From sequence record OL362041.1: 64,000 bases of DNA; one strand, 5' to 3'. The first letter of the stretch is position 1. The number at the start of each line of letters is the position of its first letter. Positions 8,032 through 18,656 of this stretch are shown here, piece by piece. The position numbers and the translations under genes are program-made. A model generated the notes under the pieces. The model worked only from the letters and a program-made list of their open reading frames with translations. It did no database searches and was not told the origin of the DNA. This stretch comes from Escherichia phage vB_Eco_OMNI12.

Positions 8032-8539
8032 AATCAATCATTTTAACGGTTGGCAAAACAATTTCTTTTTCAATATAAGCAAATTCGACACGTTCAACTA
8101 CACGCAAGAAATCGTAATCATAGTATTCAGAAGCATAGCCAAGAATATCAATAAGTCCTTGAGATATCTCATCGCCTTTCACAAAGAACAGGTCGAATAC
8201 GCGGGCTTCGTCTTCTTCAGATTTATCACCAAGGTCTACTTCGATACCAAAGACCTTTTTAATAAATTCCGGTTGGAGTTGGTCTGAGAACAGTCCTTCA
8301 ACCAGATATTCGTAGATAATAAGCGAGCAACGACCGAATGGTGTATTACCGCAATAACGTTCGGCTTTGGTGCTAGAATGACGGCTCTTAAATTTCTTCA
8401 AGAGATATTTAAACTGTTGGAGCTCATGCTCTTCCACTTCAAACAATGTTTTGGTTTTATAGTTGTCACCATCACTTTCATAGGTAGTGACATCAATTAC
8501 GTAGCCCTTAGGAATTGTACTGCCTAAACGAATATTCAT
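8024..8539 (-). CDS. Hypothetical protein
   Basis: 171 aa ORF, first of a co-oriented translationally coupled set. Confidence 0.6.
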   Translation of the reverse strand: MNIRLGSTIPKGYVIDVTTYESDGDNYKTKTLFEVEEHELQQFKYLLKKFKSRHSSTKAERYCGNTPFGRCSLIIYEYLVEGLFSDQLQPEFIKKVFGIEVDLGDKSEEDEARVFDLFFVKGDEISQGLIDILGYASEYYDYDFLRVVERVEFAYIEKEIVLPTVKMIDLL

Positions 8540-8543
8540 TTAA

Positions 8544-8834
8544 TCACCATACCATATTAATGTAAGTATACTCAATACATTCAAGATTTAAAGGATTCTT
8601 GAAAATATCATATTCAAGAGGGCCTTTTTCTGTTTCAATAAAGAAATCAAAGTTAACTGTGTTAAATTTACGGTCTTCCTTCACTAATTTAACTTGAGAA
8701 GATGAACGGTCAATGTAAACCTTTTCAACTTCAAAACATGTTAAAATGCCATAATCATCAATCAAAGCTTTAGCCGCGTCTTGATCATATTTATATCCAT
8801 TTTCAATGGATGATACTTTCGCATAAAGAATCAT
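8544..8834 (-). CDS. Hypothetical protein
   Basis: 96 aa ORF. Confidence 0.55.
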   Translation of the reverse strand: MILYAKVSSIENGYKYDQDAAKALIDDYGILTCFEVEKVYIDRSSSQVKLVKEDRKFNTVNFDFFIETEKGPLEYDIFKNPLNLECIEYTYINMVW

Positions 8835-8836
8835 TA

Positions 8837-9235
8837 TCAGCCTTCATCAACAATAGTGTGAGTATTAGCATTTACGATTTGCCACCAATCAAAGCGATTA
8901 GAATCCATCGGTTTGTTTTCATTTTCTTTGATAATGTCACGGAGTTCATCTTCAGAGAATGCTTTAGCGATTAAATCGGTATACCCACCACGTGGATAAT
9001 AATTATCACCTGCAAACAAAAGGAAATTTACCTTCCCGGAAGGAACATACGCTTCCTTAGGATACTTGTTTCCTGCGTGGTCAACCACTTCAATATAACG
9101 GTAAGGAATATCGGTTCTTTCAACCCATTGCCATGCCGCCGCAGGGGAATCGAAAGCATCTACACCTAAACGATTATCTTCATCTTTAGACGGATTATTT
9201 TCGTAATCCGCATATACATAATATTCAACGTTCAT
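8837..9235 (-). CDS. Hypothetical protein
   Basis: 132 aa ORF. Confidence 0.55.
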   Translation of the reverse strand: MNVEYYVYADYENNPSKDEDNRLGVDAFDSPAAAWQWVERTDIPYRYIEVVDHAGNKYPKEAYVPSGKVNFLLFAGDNYYPRGGYTDLIAKAFSEDELRDIIKENENKPMDSNRFDWWQIVNANTHTIVDEG

Positions 9236-9420
9236 TATTCACCTTTAGAAATTTTATCCATAACAATAGCAATTAAACCAATTAAAAATGCTACTACAAG
9301 TGAAAAAACATTTTCTGCCGTAGTCAATAATCCGCATATAAATCCAACAAACATTGAAAAACTGAAAGCGGAAGCAGAAATTGCAATAGCAACATTTCGA
9401 ATTAATTCACAACGTTTCAT
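9235..9420 (-). CDS. Small hydrophobic (two-TM) hypothetical protein
   Basis: 61 aa ORF, overlaps the start of the downstream ORF. Confidence 0.45.
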   Translation of the reverse strand: MKRCELIRNVAIAISASAFSFSMFVGFICGLLTTAENVFSLVVAFLIGLIAIVMDKISKGE

Positions 9421-9478
9421 TTTATTCTCCTCAGTAGTAGATAGGGTAATAGTATCACTACCCTATCTAAAAGTAAAC
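9421..9478 (-). promoter_or_regulatory. PeSL-like cassette copy 1: early promoter (-35 GTTTAC 9473-9478, -10 TACTAT 9449-9454) with inverted repeat GATAGGGTA / TACCCTATC
   Basis: Three near-identical ~60 bp elements share GTTTAC-N18-TACTATTACC with a hairpin spanning the -10 region. Confidence 0.55.
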
Positions 9479-9712
9479 TTATTTTTTACGAAAAATTGAT
9501 TTATTTTCTGCTGCCCATTTTTCAATAACTGCAGCAGGACCAGTAACAACAATTTTATCACCGTAATCTTCTGCGGCGAGTTGACCGAAATTATCTAATG
9601 CATCACGAAGAACTCCATGAGGCATTTCACCCATTTTATCTTTCTTGCCAGTGTAAATAAACTCAACTTTTACATCAGCAGTTTCAGCAATAAATTCTTG
9701 GTAAGTTTTCAT
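9479..9712 (-). CDS. Internal-protein-like small protein (N-terminal CTS MKTYQEFIAE)
   Basis: ORF track 9479..9724 (MEIKMKTYQEFIAE); start placed at second ATG with GGAAAT RBS. Confidence 0.6.
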   Translation of the reverse strand: MKTYQEFIAETADVKVEFIYTGKKDKMGEMPHGVLRDALDNFGQLAAEDYGDKIVVTGPAAVIEKWAAENKSIFRKK

Positions 9713-9724
9713 TTTGATTTCCAT

Positions 9725-9788
9725 TTGGTTTTGTTTTGATAGGGTAATAGTATCACAACTAAAACCCTATGTAAACAACTTTGTGAAA
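9725..9788 (-). promoter_or_regulatory. PeSL-like cassette copy 2 (-35 9771-9776, -10 9747-9752)
   Basis: Minus strand TTTCACAAAGTTGTTTACATAGGGTTTTAGTTGTGATACTATTACCCTATC. Confidence 0.55.
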
Positions 9789-10046
9789 TTATTTTAAATC
9801 TTCTAATCGTTTCTTCATCTTAGAACCATTTTTAGCAATTTCTCCTGCATCGGAGCATAATGCTAAAAGTGCTTTAACTTTAGTTTGGTCTCCTTTAAAA
9901 GATGAAGGATCGACCGCAGCAGCAAGTTCTTTAATACGAGAGAAAAGACGCTCAGCTTCAGCTAAAGCCATTCCAAGCTTTACTTCCATACCGTGGGAAG
10001 ATTCAGTGATAGTAGTTTTTGTAGCAAACTCTTTGAAAGTTTTCAT
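9789..10046 (-). CDS. Internal-protein-like small protein (N-terminal CTS-like MKTFKEFATK)
   Basis: 85 aa; RBS AGGAAA upstream; 3' end codons DLK-stop lie inside the repeated element. Confidence 0.55.
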   Translation of the reverse strand: MKTFKEFATKTTITESSHGMEVKLGMALAEAERLFSRIKELAAAVDPSSFKGDQTKVKALLALCSDAGEIAKNGSKMKKRLEDLK

Positions 10047-10119
10047 TTTTATTTTCCTAATTAATTTTGATGAGGTAATAGTATCACTACCTCATCAGTA
10101 TGTAAACAACTTTGTGAAA
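10047..10119 (-). promoter_or_regulatory. PeSL-like cassette copy 3 (-35 10102-10107, -10 10078-10083)
   Basis: Minus strand TTTCACAAAGTTGTTTACATACTGATGAGGTAGTGATACTATTACCTCATCA. Confidence 0.55.
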
Positions 10120-10804
<685 letters not shown>

Positions 10805-10805
<1 letters not shown>

Positions 10806-11530
10806 TATAGTACCTTTAGTGTATTTTTAATTTTAGAAAAAAGTTCTTCAAGAGAACCATCGTTTGTAATTACTAAATCGCCATCACGAATTGGCAATCC
10901 AGCTTCTGTAATATGTGTATCATTGGATTTTTGACCAGGACGAACTACATGAATTACTGTAGCACCCATCGCCCTAGCCGCATCCATTTCATGATCTTGA
11001 CGGGTATCAGGAACGATATAATAATCATAACCTGAGTTAAATTTATCAAGATAATCTAAAGCAAATAATTTTACCCAGTACATGCGGTCGAAGTTATTAA
11101 CAATCAAATCCGTACCTAGGGCTTGCATCAGACGACGGACTGACCATTGATCTTCAATATTATTTATAACGTCAATAATCTTGTTAAATGCTACGGAATT
11201 AACTGATTCTTGTCCTTCGTCATCAAAAACAAACACACCTTTAATTGGGCTTTTACCATTAAGATAGCAAAATGCTTGTTCCATAATCGTGATTACTTCT
11301 AATTTAGTTAGATTTAAATTAGTCTCACGATCATAGTCAATTCCTTCAAACTCTTTACGAGTTAAGCAAGGATAGTCGGTATTTGCTGCAAATACTCCCC
11401 ATGCATAAGCCAATGCATCCTTAATAGGACCAGCAAGTTGGTATTTAACTGCAGAATAATTGCTCATGATAAAATCAGCAGTAGTATCTTTTCCACTACG
11501 CTTTACACCGCTTAAAAAGATTAGTTTCAT
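10805..11530 (-). CDS. 1: Deoxynucleoside monophosphate kinase gp1
   Basis: 241 aa MKLIFLSGVKRSGKDTTADFI..., P-loop. Confidence 0.93.
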
Positions 11531-11579
11531 ATGTTTCTCCTCAAATTTAGTTAAGATTATAACACATGAAACTGAAGCA

Positions 11580-12110
11580 TTAAACTTCCGCTATAATTTT
11601 TCCATCTTTTTCTACTTGAAAATACGTATAAGGAATCGTTGCTGTACATACTAAAGCCGGGTCTGAATCTTCTGTGTAGCTAAATTCTACTTCAGACAGG
11701 TCAGAAACCCAAGGCTTATAAAAATTTATTGACATCACGATTTCAGTTTTGCTATTATCTAAAATGTAAAGCGTAATGTATTCAGGACCTGTTTTTTGGG
11801 CAGTATTTTCACCTGTAAGATAGTTGCTAGTTCCTAGCATCCATTCATACATTCCTATCCATGACTTAAGTTCTTCATCAACTATAAATCTCACGATGAG
11901 TGGATCGTACTCAAATGTAGCACCTGGACGTTGTGCTCGGCCCAGTCCAAACGGCCCAGTCACGGTATCAGTAACAGGTATTCTAATTCCTGGAATAGGA
12001 ACTGACTGAGCATTTAAAGTAAAAGCAGATGTAGTATTACTATGTGGTATTGATACTACAAAGTTAGTTGTATTTGCTTGGTTAAAAATTTGTTGCAGTG
12101 CTTGCGACAT
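11580..12110 (-). CDS. 3: Tail completion / sheath stabilizer gp3
   Basis: ORF track 11580..12191; start placed at MSQALQQIFNQ (176 aa) with GAGGAA RBS. Confidence 0.85.
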   Translation of the reverse strand: MSQALQQIFNQANTTNFVVSIPHSNTTSAFTLNAQSVPIPGIRIPVTDTVTGPFGLGRAQRPGATFEYDPLIVRFIVDEELKSWIGMYEWMLGTSNYLTGENTAQKTGPEYITLYILDNSKTEIVMSINFYKPWVSDLSEVEFSYTEDSDPALVCTATIPYTYFQVEKDGKIIAEV

Positions 12111-12216
12111 ATATTCCTCATAATGCTTTATAACTGTTGGTGGTATAATGGGTCTAAGTCCCTTCCATTCAATTCCAATTAGAACAAACAATAGAAAAGA
12201 ATGGAAGATAATAGAA

Positions 12217-13041
12217 TTAAATATTTGACCAGACTTTGTTTGCAGAGAAACGTTTTCCTTTTGAAACGAACTGCTGAAGTGGCATTAACACAACGTTCGC
12301 CCAGTCTTTCGGGGCGATTTCAACAAGGCTACCCATAATATTACCAGGTATATATGCCTTAATCATTTGGTCTGCACCCCTAAATCCTTTCACTTGACTC
12401 CAATCAATTTTTAATTTCGTTTTATTAGTAATAGTAGGTGTATTTGAATATTGCTTTAAAAGCTCTTCTAGGAATTGCTGGCGAGCTTTAGGTGGAATAT
12501 AGTGCAAGTTCAATCCGTACATTAAATTATGCTTACCTAAACCAAGGTAAATTATCAAAGGAAATTTATCCCAGTAAGGAAGAGTTTCCTTGTGTTTAGC
12601 ATCATAAGCAAAAGCATATATTCGTCCCGGCTGCGGGCGAACAACTTTATGTCCTTTTACTTGCTTAATAGTTTCAGCAAACCACTTTCTGGTTTTATTA
12701 TTAATTGCTGCGCCTTCATTACGAATTTTATCACGTAATGTTTGCCTGAATGAATTTATCATAAGCAGTTGTCTTTCTTGCTTATTGAGTTTATTCATTG
12801 GTTTTGATTCAAGCTTTTGAATCTTTTCAGCCGTTTTAATTCCTGAAGCATATTTTGACATTGCTGAAGTAAACGTAGAGTATTTGATTCCTCTTTCTTC
12901 AGCAAATTGCTTTCCGGTCATTCCTTTTGCTTTGGCCTTTTTATATTCAAGACCTATCTGAATCCATTTCTTTTCGTTTAATGATTGCTTAACCTTTGGA
13001 ACTTGGGGAGTGCTTTCATTAATTATTTGAAAAATAGCCAT
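12217..13041 (-). CDS. 2: DNA end protector protein gp2
   Basis: 274 aa ORF in conserved 1-3-2-4 order. Confidence 0.85.
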   Translation of the reverse strand: MAIFQIINESTPQVPKVKQSLNEKKWIQIGLEYKKAKAKGMTGKQFAEERGIKYSTFTSAMSKYASGIKTAEKIQKLESKPMNKLNKQERQLLMINSFRQTLRDKIRNEGAAINNKTRKWFAETIKQVKGHKVVRPQPGRIYAFAYDAKHKETLPYWDKFPLIIYLGLGKHNLMYGLNLHYIPPKARQQFLEELLKQYSNTPTITNKTKLKIDWSQVKGFRGADQMIKAYIPGNIMGSLVEIAPKDWANVVLMPLQQFVSKGKRFSANKVWSNI

Positions 13042-13493
13042 TATGCCCCCTTAAAGCCAAGAGCTCGTAATCCATCTTCTGTTAAAATTCTAAATTTTAT
13101 TCCACGCTTTTCAGCTAAAGCTTGAGCTGCTTTCCATTTGTCAGTATTAACGGAATATGTATAAATTTCATTCATAAATCTTTTCTTCGCTGCAGTTGTT
13201 AGATGTGCTGGTTTAACTGGTGGTTGTGTTTCTTTTTTAGGTTTTATTTCAATAAAAAATTCTTGTCCAGAAGAATCTTTCATCCAAATATCCATGAAGT
13301 ATCTACGTTTTTTCCCTTCTGCATTACAAAAATAAGGAATTACTGCTGTTTCACTACCCCATGCAATAATTTCTGGATTTTTATCTAACCATTCAAAAAA
13401 GAATTTTTCCCAATTTGATCTATACGTAATTTTTTTAGGGTCACCTCTATACTTTGATATATTTTTAGGAACCCATTTTCCAGAATATGCCAT
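13041..13493 (-). CDS. 4: Head completion protein gp4
   Basis: 150 aa ORF overlapping gene 2 start. Confidence 0.85.
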   Translation of the reverse strand: MAYSGKWVPKNISKYRGDPKKITYRSNWEKFFFEWLDKNPEIIAWGSETAVIPYFCNAEGKKRRYFMDIWMKDSSGQEFFIEIKPKKETQPPVKPAHLTTAAKKRFMNEIYTYSVNTDKWKAAQALAEKRGIKFRILTEDGLRALGFKGA

Positions 13494-13504
13494 TGGATTC
13501 TCCT

Positions 13505-13527
13505 TATAAATAGATAATATATTTATA
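13505..13527. promoter_or_regulatory. Divergent late promoters: TATAAATA on plus (13505-13512, for gene 53) and on minus (13520-13527, for gene 4)
   Basis: Exact TATAAATA on both strands in the 47-bp divergent intergenic region. Confidence 0.6.
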
Positions 13528-13540
13528 AACAGGAGGGCCC

Positions 13541-14131
13541 ATGCTCTTTACATTTTTTGATCCGATTGAATATGCGGCCAAAACGGTGAATAAAAACGCG
13601 CCGACTATTCCTATGACAGATATTTTTAGAAACTATAAAGACTATTTTAAACGCGCTCTTGCGGGATACCGCTTACGTACTTATTATATCAAAGGTTCAC
13701 CACGCCCGGAAGAATTAGCAAATACTATATATGGAAATCCACAGTTGTATTGGGTTTTATTGATGTGTAATGATAATTATGACCCGTATTATGGATGGAT
13801 TACTTCACAAGAAGCAGCTTATCAAGCATCTATACAAAAATACAAAAATGTAGGTGGAGACCAAATAGTATATCATGTGAATGAGAACGGTGAAAAATTT
13901 TATAATTTAATATCATACGATGATAATCCATATGTTTGGTATGATAAAGGTGATAAAGCTAGAAAATATCCTCAATATGAAGGAGCACTTGCTGCTGTTA
14001 ATACGTATGAAGATGCTGTTCTTGAAAATGAAAAACTTCGTCAAATAAAAATAATAGCAAAATCAGACATTAATTCATTTATGAACGACCTTATACGTAT
14101 AATGGAGAAATCTTATGGAAATGATAAGTAA
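13541..14131 (+). CDS. 53: Baseplate wedge protein gp53
   Basis: 196 aa ORF upstream of gene 5. Confidence 0.9.
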   Translation: MLFTFFDPIEYAAKTVNKNAPTIPMTDIFRNYKDYFKRALAGYRLRTYYIKGSPRPEELANTIYGNPQLYWVLLMCNDNYDPYYGWITSQEAAYQASIQKYKNVGGDQIVYHVNENGEKFYNLISYDDNPYVWYDKGDKARKYPQYEGALAAVNTYEDAVLENEKLRQIKIIAKSDINSFMNDLIRIMEKSYGNDK

Positions 14132-15842
14132 TAACCTTAATTGGTTTGTTGGTGTTGTTGAAGATAGAATGGACCCATTAAAATTAGGTCGTGTTCGTGT
14201 TCGTGTGGTTGGTCTGCATCCACCTCAAAGAGCACAAGGCGATGTAATGGGTATTCCAACTGAAAAATTACCATGGATGTCAGTTATTCAACCTATAACT
14301 TCTGCAGCAATGTCTGGAATTGGAGGTTCTGTTACTGGACCGGTAGAAGGAACTAGAGTTTATGGTCATTTTTTAGACAAATGGAAAACTAACGGAATTG
14401 TCCTTGGCACGTATGGTGGAATAGTTCGCGAAAAACCGAATAGACTTGAAGGATTTTCTGACCCAACTGGGCAATATCCTAGACGTTTAGGAAATGATAC
14501 TAATGTATTAAACCAAGGCGGAGAAGTAGGATATGATTCGTCTTCTAACATTATCCAAGATAGTAACTTAGACACTGCAATAAATCCCGATGATAGACCA
14601 CTATCAGAGATTCCAACCGATGATAATCCAAATTTGTCAATGGCTGACATGCTTCGCCGTGATGAAGGATTAAGACTAAAAGTTTATTGGGATACTGAAG
14701 GATATCCGACAATTGGTATTGGTCATCTTATCATGAAGCAGCCAGTTCGTGATATGGCTCAAATTAATAAAGTTTTATCAAAACAAGTTGGTCGTGAAAT
14801 TACTGGAAACCCAGGTTCTATTACGATGGAAGAGGCGACGACTTTATTTGAACGTGATTTGGCTGATATGCAACGGGACATTAAATCACATTCTAAAGTA
14901 GGACCAGTCTGGCAAGCTGTCAACCGTTCTCGTCAAATGGCGTTAGAAAATATGGCATTTCAAATGGGTGTTGGCGGTGTAGCTAAATTTAACACAATGT
15001 TAACTGCTATGTTAGCCGGAGATTGGGAAAAAGCATATAAAGCCGGTCGTGATTCATTGTGGTATCAACAAACAAAAGGCCGTGCATCCCGTGTTACCAT
15101 GATTATTCTTACGGGGAATTTGGAATCATATGGTGTTGAAGTGAAAACCCCAGCTAGGTCTCTATCAGCAATGGCTGCTACTGTAGCTAAATCTTCTGAC
15201 CCGGCTGACCCTCCTATTCCAAATGACTCGAGAATTTTATTCAAAGAACCAGTTTCTTCATATAAAGGTGAATATCCTTATGTGCATACAATGGAAACTG
15301 AAAGCGGACATATTCAGGAATTTGATGATACTCCTGGGCAAGAACGATACAGATTAGTTCATCCGACTGGAACTTATGAAGAAGTATCACCGTCAGGAAG
15401 AAGAACAAGAAAAACTGTCGATAATTTGTATGATATAACCAACGCTGATGGTAATTTTTTGGTAGCCGGTGATAAAAAGACTAACGTCGGTGGATCAGAA
15501 ATTTATTACAACATGGATAATCGTCTTCACCAAATAGATGGAAGCAATACAATATTTGTACGTGGCGATGAAACTAAGACAGTTGAAGGCAATGGAACTA
15601 TCCTAGTTAAAGGTAATGTTACTATTGTAGTTGAAGGTAATGCTGACATTACAGTTAAAGGAGATGCTACCACTTTAGTTGAAGGAAATCAAACTAACAC
15701 AGTAAATGGAAATCTTTCTTGGAAAGTTGCTGGGACAGTTGATTGGGACGTTGGTGGTGATTGGACAGAAAAAATGGCATCTATGAGTTCTATTTCATCT
15801 GGTCAATACACAATTGATGGATCGAGGATTGACATTGGCTAA
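14115..15842 (+). CDS. 5: Baseplate hub / central spike protein gp5 with lysozyme domain
   Basis: 575 aa; internal lysozyme domain MADMLRRDEGLRLKVYWDTEGYPTIGIGHLI paralogous to e; C-terminal VxGxxxxx beta-helix repeats. Confidence 0.95.
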   Translation: MEMISNNLNWFVGVVEDRMDPLKLGRVRVRVVGLHPPQRAQGDVMGIPTEKLPWMSVIQPITSAAMSGIGGSVTGPVEGTRVYGHFLDKWKTNGIVLGTYGGIVREKPNRLEGFSDPTGQYPRRLGNDTNVLNQGGEVGYDSSSNIIQDSNLDTAINPDDRPLSEIPTDDNPNLSMADMLRRDEGLRLKVYWDTEGYPTIGIGHLIMKQPVRDMAQINKVLSKQVGREITGNPGSITMEEATTLFERDLADMQRDIKSHSKVGPVWQAVNRSRQMALENMAFQMGVGGVAKFNTMLTAMLAGDWEKAYKAGRDSLWYQQTKGRASRVTMIILTGNLESYGVEVKTPARSLSAMAATVAKSSDPADPPIPNDSRILFKEPVSSYKGEYPYVHTMETESGHIQEFDDTPGQERYRLVHPTGTYEEVSPSGRRTRKTVDNLYDITNADGNFLVAGDKKTNVGGSEIYYNMDNRLHQIDGSNTIFVRGDETKTVEGNGTILVKGNVTIVVEGNADITVKGDATTLVEGNQTNTVNGNLSWKVAGTVDWDVGGDWTEKMASMSSISSGQYTIDGSRIDIG

Positions 15843-15852
15843 TATACTTCCA

Positions 15853-16371
15853 ATGAGCGCTGATTTAGGAGAATCCATGGAAGGTTCTTCTATCGACGTC
15901 ACCTTTACCGCTCAATTAGAAACAGGTGAAACGTTAGTATCTATAAATATAACTAGTTACGAAGAAACTCCTGGGGTTTTAGTAGAAGAAAATCGCTTAT
16001 ACGGAACATATGAATCTGTGTTTGGATTTGGAAATGACGCGTTGAAATATCGTTTAGGCGATGAATTTAAAACTGCTGCTTCATGGGAAGAACTTCCTAC
16101 TGATTCTGATACTCAGTTGTATTTATGGAAAGCTCCTCAAAACCTCCAGAAGACATTCACTTACGAAGTAACATTAATATATGACTACCAAGAACAAAGT
16201 GAATCTGGAGGTTCTGGCAGTAATTCTAGGTCATCTTCTGATACTACTGAACCGACGGATCCTCCTGCTCCAGTAAGAAAAACTCTCGTTAAAAATTATA
16301 CTAAAACTATAGTTGGAAATTGGAGTCGTTGGGCTAATAAATTAAGAAGCTATGTGTATGAGAGGTCATAG
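15853..16371 (+). CDS. 5.1: gp5.1-like hypothetical protein
   Basis: ORF track 15814..16371; start moved to Met outside the gene 5 overlap. Confidence 0.7.
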
Positions 16372-16665
16372 ATGTCAGGATTAAGTTATGATAAGTGTGT
16401 TACTGCTGGCCATGAAGCATGGCCTCCAACAGTTGTGAATGCAACACAAAGTAAAGTATTCACTGGAGGAATTGCTGTTCTCGTAGCAGGTGATCCAATT
16501 ACAGAACATACAGAAATTAAAAAGCCATATGAAACACATGGCGGAGTGACACAACCCAGAACTTCTAAGGTATATGTCACTGGAAAGAAAGCTGTTCAAA
16601 TGGCTGATCCAATATCATGCGGTGATACTGTGGCTCAGGCATCATCTAAAGTATTCATTAAATAG
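16372..16665 (+). CDS. 5.4: PAAR-repeat spike tip protein gp5.4
   Basis: 97 aa [30 protein letters not shown]... Confidence 0.9.
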
Positions 16666-16673
16666 GATTTAAA

Positions 16674-18656
16674 ATGGCAAATACCCCTGTAAATTATCAA
16701 TTAACAAGAACAGCAAATGCTATTCCCGAGATATTCGTCGGGGGTACGTTTGCTGAAATAAAACAAAACCTCATTGAATGGCTTAATGGCCAAAATGAAT
16801 TTTTGGATTATGATTTTGAAGGCTCAAGATTAAACGTTCTGTGTGACCTTTTGGCTTATAATACATTGTACATTCAGCAGTTTGGTAATGCTGCTGTGTA
16901 TGAAAGCTTTATGCGTACTGCTAACTTACGAAGTTCAGTTGTTCAAGCTGCACAAGATAACGGATATTTACCTACTTCAAAATCCGCTGCGCAGACCGAA
17001 ATTATGTTAACATGCACCGACGCATTGAATAGGAATTACATTACAATTCCTCGCGGAACTCGCTTTTTAGCATATGCAAAAGATACTTCTGTTAATCCAT
17101 ATAACTTCGTTTCTACCGAAGACGTTATTGCTATTCGTGATAAAAATAACCAATATTTTCCGCGTTTAAAATTGGCCCAGGGACGTATAGTAAGAACTGA
17201 AATCATTTATGATAAATTAACACCTATTATCATTTATGATAAAAATATTGATAGAAACCAGGTTAAATTATACGTTGATGGAGCAGAATGGATTAACTGG
17301 ACAAGAAAGTCAATGGTTCATGCTGGTTCTACATCGACAATTTACTACATGCGTGAAACTATTGATGGAAATACTGAATTCTATTTTGGTGAAGGTGAAA
17401 TTTCTGTTAATGCTTCTGAAGGAGCTTTGACTGCTAATTATATCGGAGGTCTTAAACCTACTCAGAACTCTACGATTGTTATTGAGTACATCAGTACTAA
17501 TGGTGCTGACGCGAACGGAGCAGTCGGATTTTCATACGCAGATACATTAACAAATATAACTGTCATCAATATTAATGAAAATCCAAACGATGACCCAGAT
17601 TTTGTTGGGGCAGATGGCGGCGGTGATCCAGAAGATATTGAGCGTATCCGCGAATTGGGTACTATTAAACGCGAAACCCAGCAACGCTGCGTAACTGCGA
17701 CTGACTATGATACATTCGTTTCAGAGAGATTTGGTTCTATTATTCAAGCAGTTCAGACTTTCACTGATTCTACTAAACCTGGTTATGCATTTATTGCTGC
17801 TAAACCTAAATCAGGTCTGTATTTAACTACTGTACAGCGTGAAGATATTAAAAATTATCTCAAAGACTATAATTTAGCTCCTATTACGCCATCAATTATT
17901 TCTCCTAATTACCTTTTTATTAAGACTAATTTAAAAGTCACATATGCTTTAAATAAACTACAAGAATCCGAGCAGTGGCTTGAAGGTCAAATAATTGATA
18001 AAATTGATCGCTATTATACCGAAGATGTAGAAATTTTTAACTCGTCTTTCGCTAAATCTAAGATGTTAACTTATGTAGATGATGCAGATCATTCTGTCAT
18101 TGGTTCATCAGCGACTATTCAAATGGTTCGTGAAGTACAAAACTTCTATAAAACACCTGAAGCAGGTATTAAATACAATAATCAAATAAAAGATCGTTCT
18201 ATGGAATCTAATACGTTTTCATTTAATTCTGGACGAAAGGTTGTAAATCCTGATACTGGTTTAGAAGAAGATGTATTATATGATGTTCGTATAGTATCAA
18301 CAGACCGAGATTCTAAAGGAATTGGTAAAGTTATTATTGGTCCATTTGCTTCTGGCGATGTTACAGAAAATGAAAACATTCAGCCATATACAGGCAATGA
18401 TTTTAATAAATTAGCAAATTCTGATGGACGCGACAAATACTATGTTATCGGTGAAATAAATTATCCGGCTGACATGATTTATTGGAATATCGCTAAAATT
18501 AATTTAACATCTGAAAAATTTGAGGTTCAGACTATTGAATTATATTCTGACCCAACCGATGATGTTATCTTTACCCGTGATGGTTCACTGATTGTATTTG
18601 AAAATGATTTACGTCCGCAATACTTAACTATCGATTTGGAGCCTATATCACAATGA
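16674..18656 (+). CDS. 6: Baseplate wedge protein gp6
   Basis: 660 aa. Confidence 0.93.
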   Translation: MANTPVNYQLTRTANAIPEIFVGGTFAEIKQNLIEWLNGQNEFLDYDFEGSRLNVLCDLLAYNTLYIQQFGNAAVYESFMRTANLRSSVVQAAQDNGYLPTSKSAAQTEIMLTCTDALNRNYITIPRGTRFLAYAKDTSVNPYNFVSTEDVIAIRDKNNQYFPRLKLAQGRIVRTEIIYDKLTPIIIYDKNIDRNQVKLYVDGAEWINWTRKSMVHAGSTSTIYYMRETIDGNTEFYFGEGEISVNASEGALTANYIGGLKPTQNSTIVIEYISTNGADANGAVGFSYADTLTNITVININENPNDDPDFVGADGGGDPEDIERIRELGTIKRETQQRCVTATDYDTFVSERFGSIIQAVQTFTDSTKPGYAFIAAKPKSGLYLTTVQREDIKNYLKDYNLAPITPSIISPNYLFIKTNLKVTYALNKLQESEQWLEGQIIDKIDRYYTEDVEIFNSSFAKSKMLTYVDDADHSVIGSSATIQMVREVQNFYKTPEAGIKYNNQIKDRSMESNTFSFNSGRKVVNPDTGLEEDVLYDVRIVSTDRDSKGIGKVIIGPFASGDVTENENIQPYTGNDFNKLANSDGRDKYYVIGEINYPADMIYWNIAKINLTSEKFEVQTIELYSDPTDDVIFTRDGSLIVFENDLRPQYLTIDLEPISQ

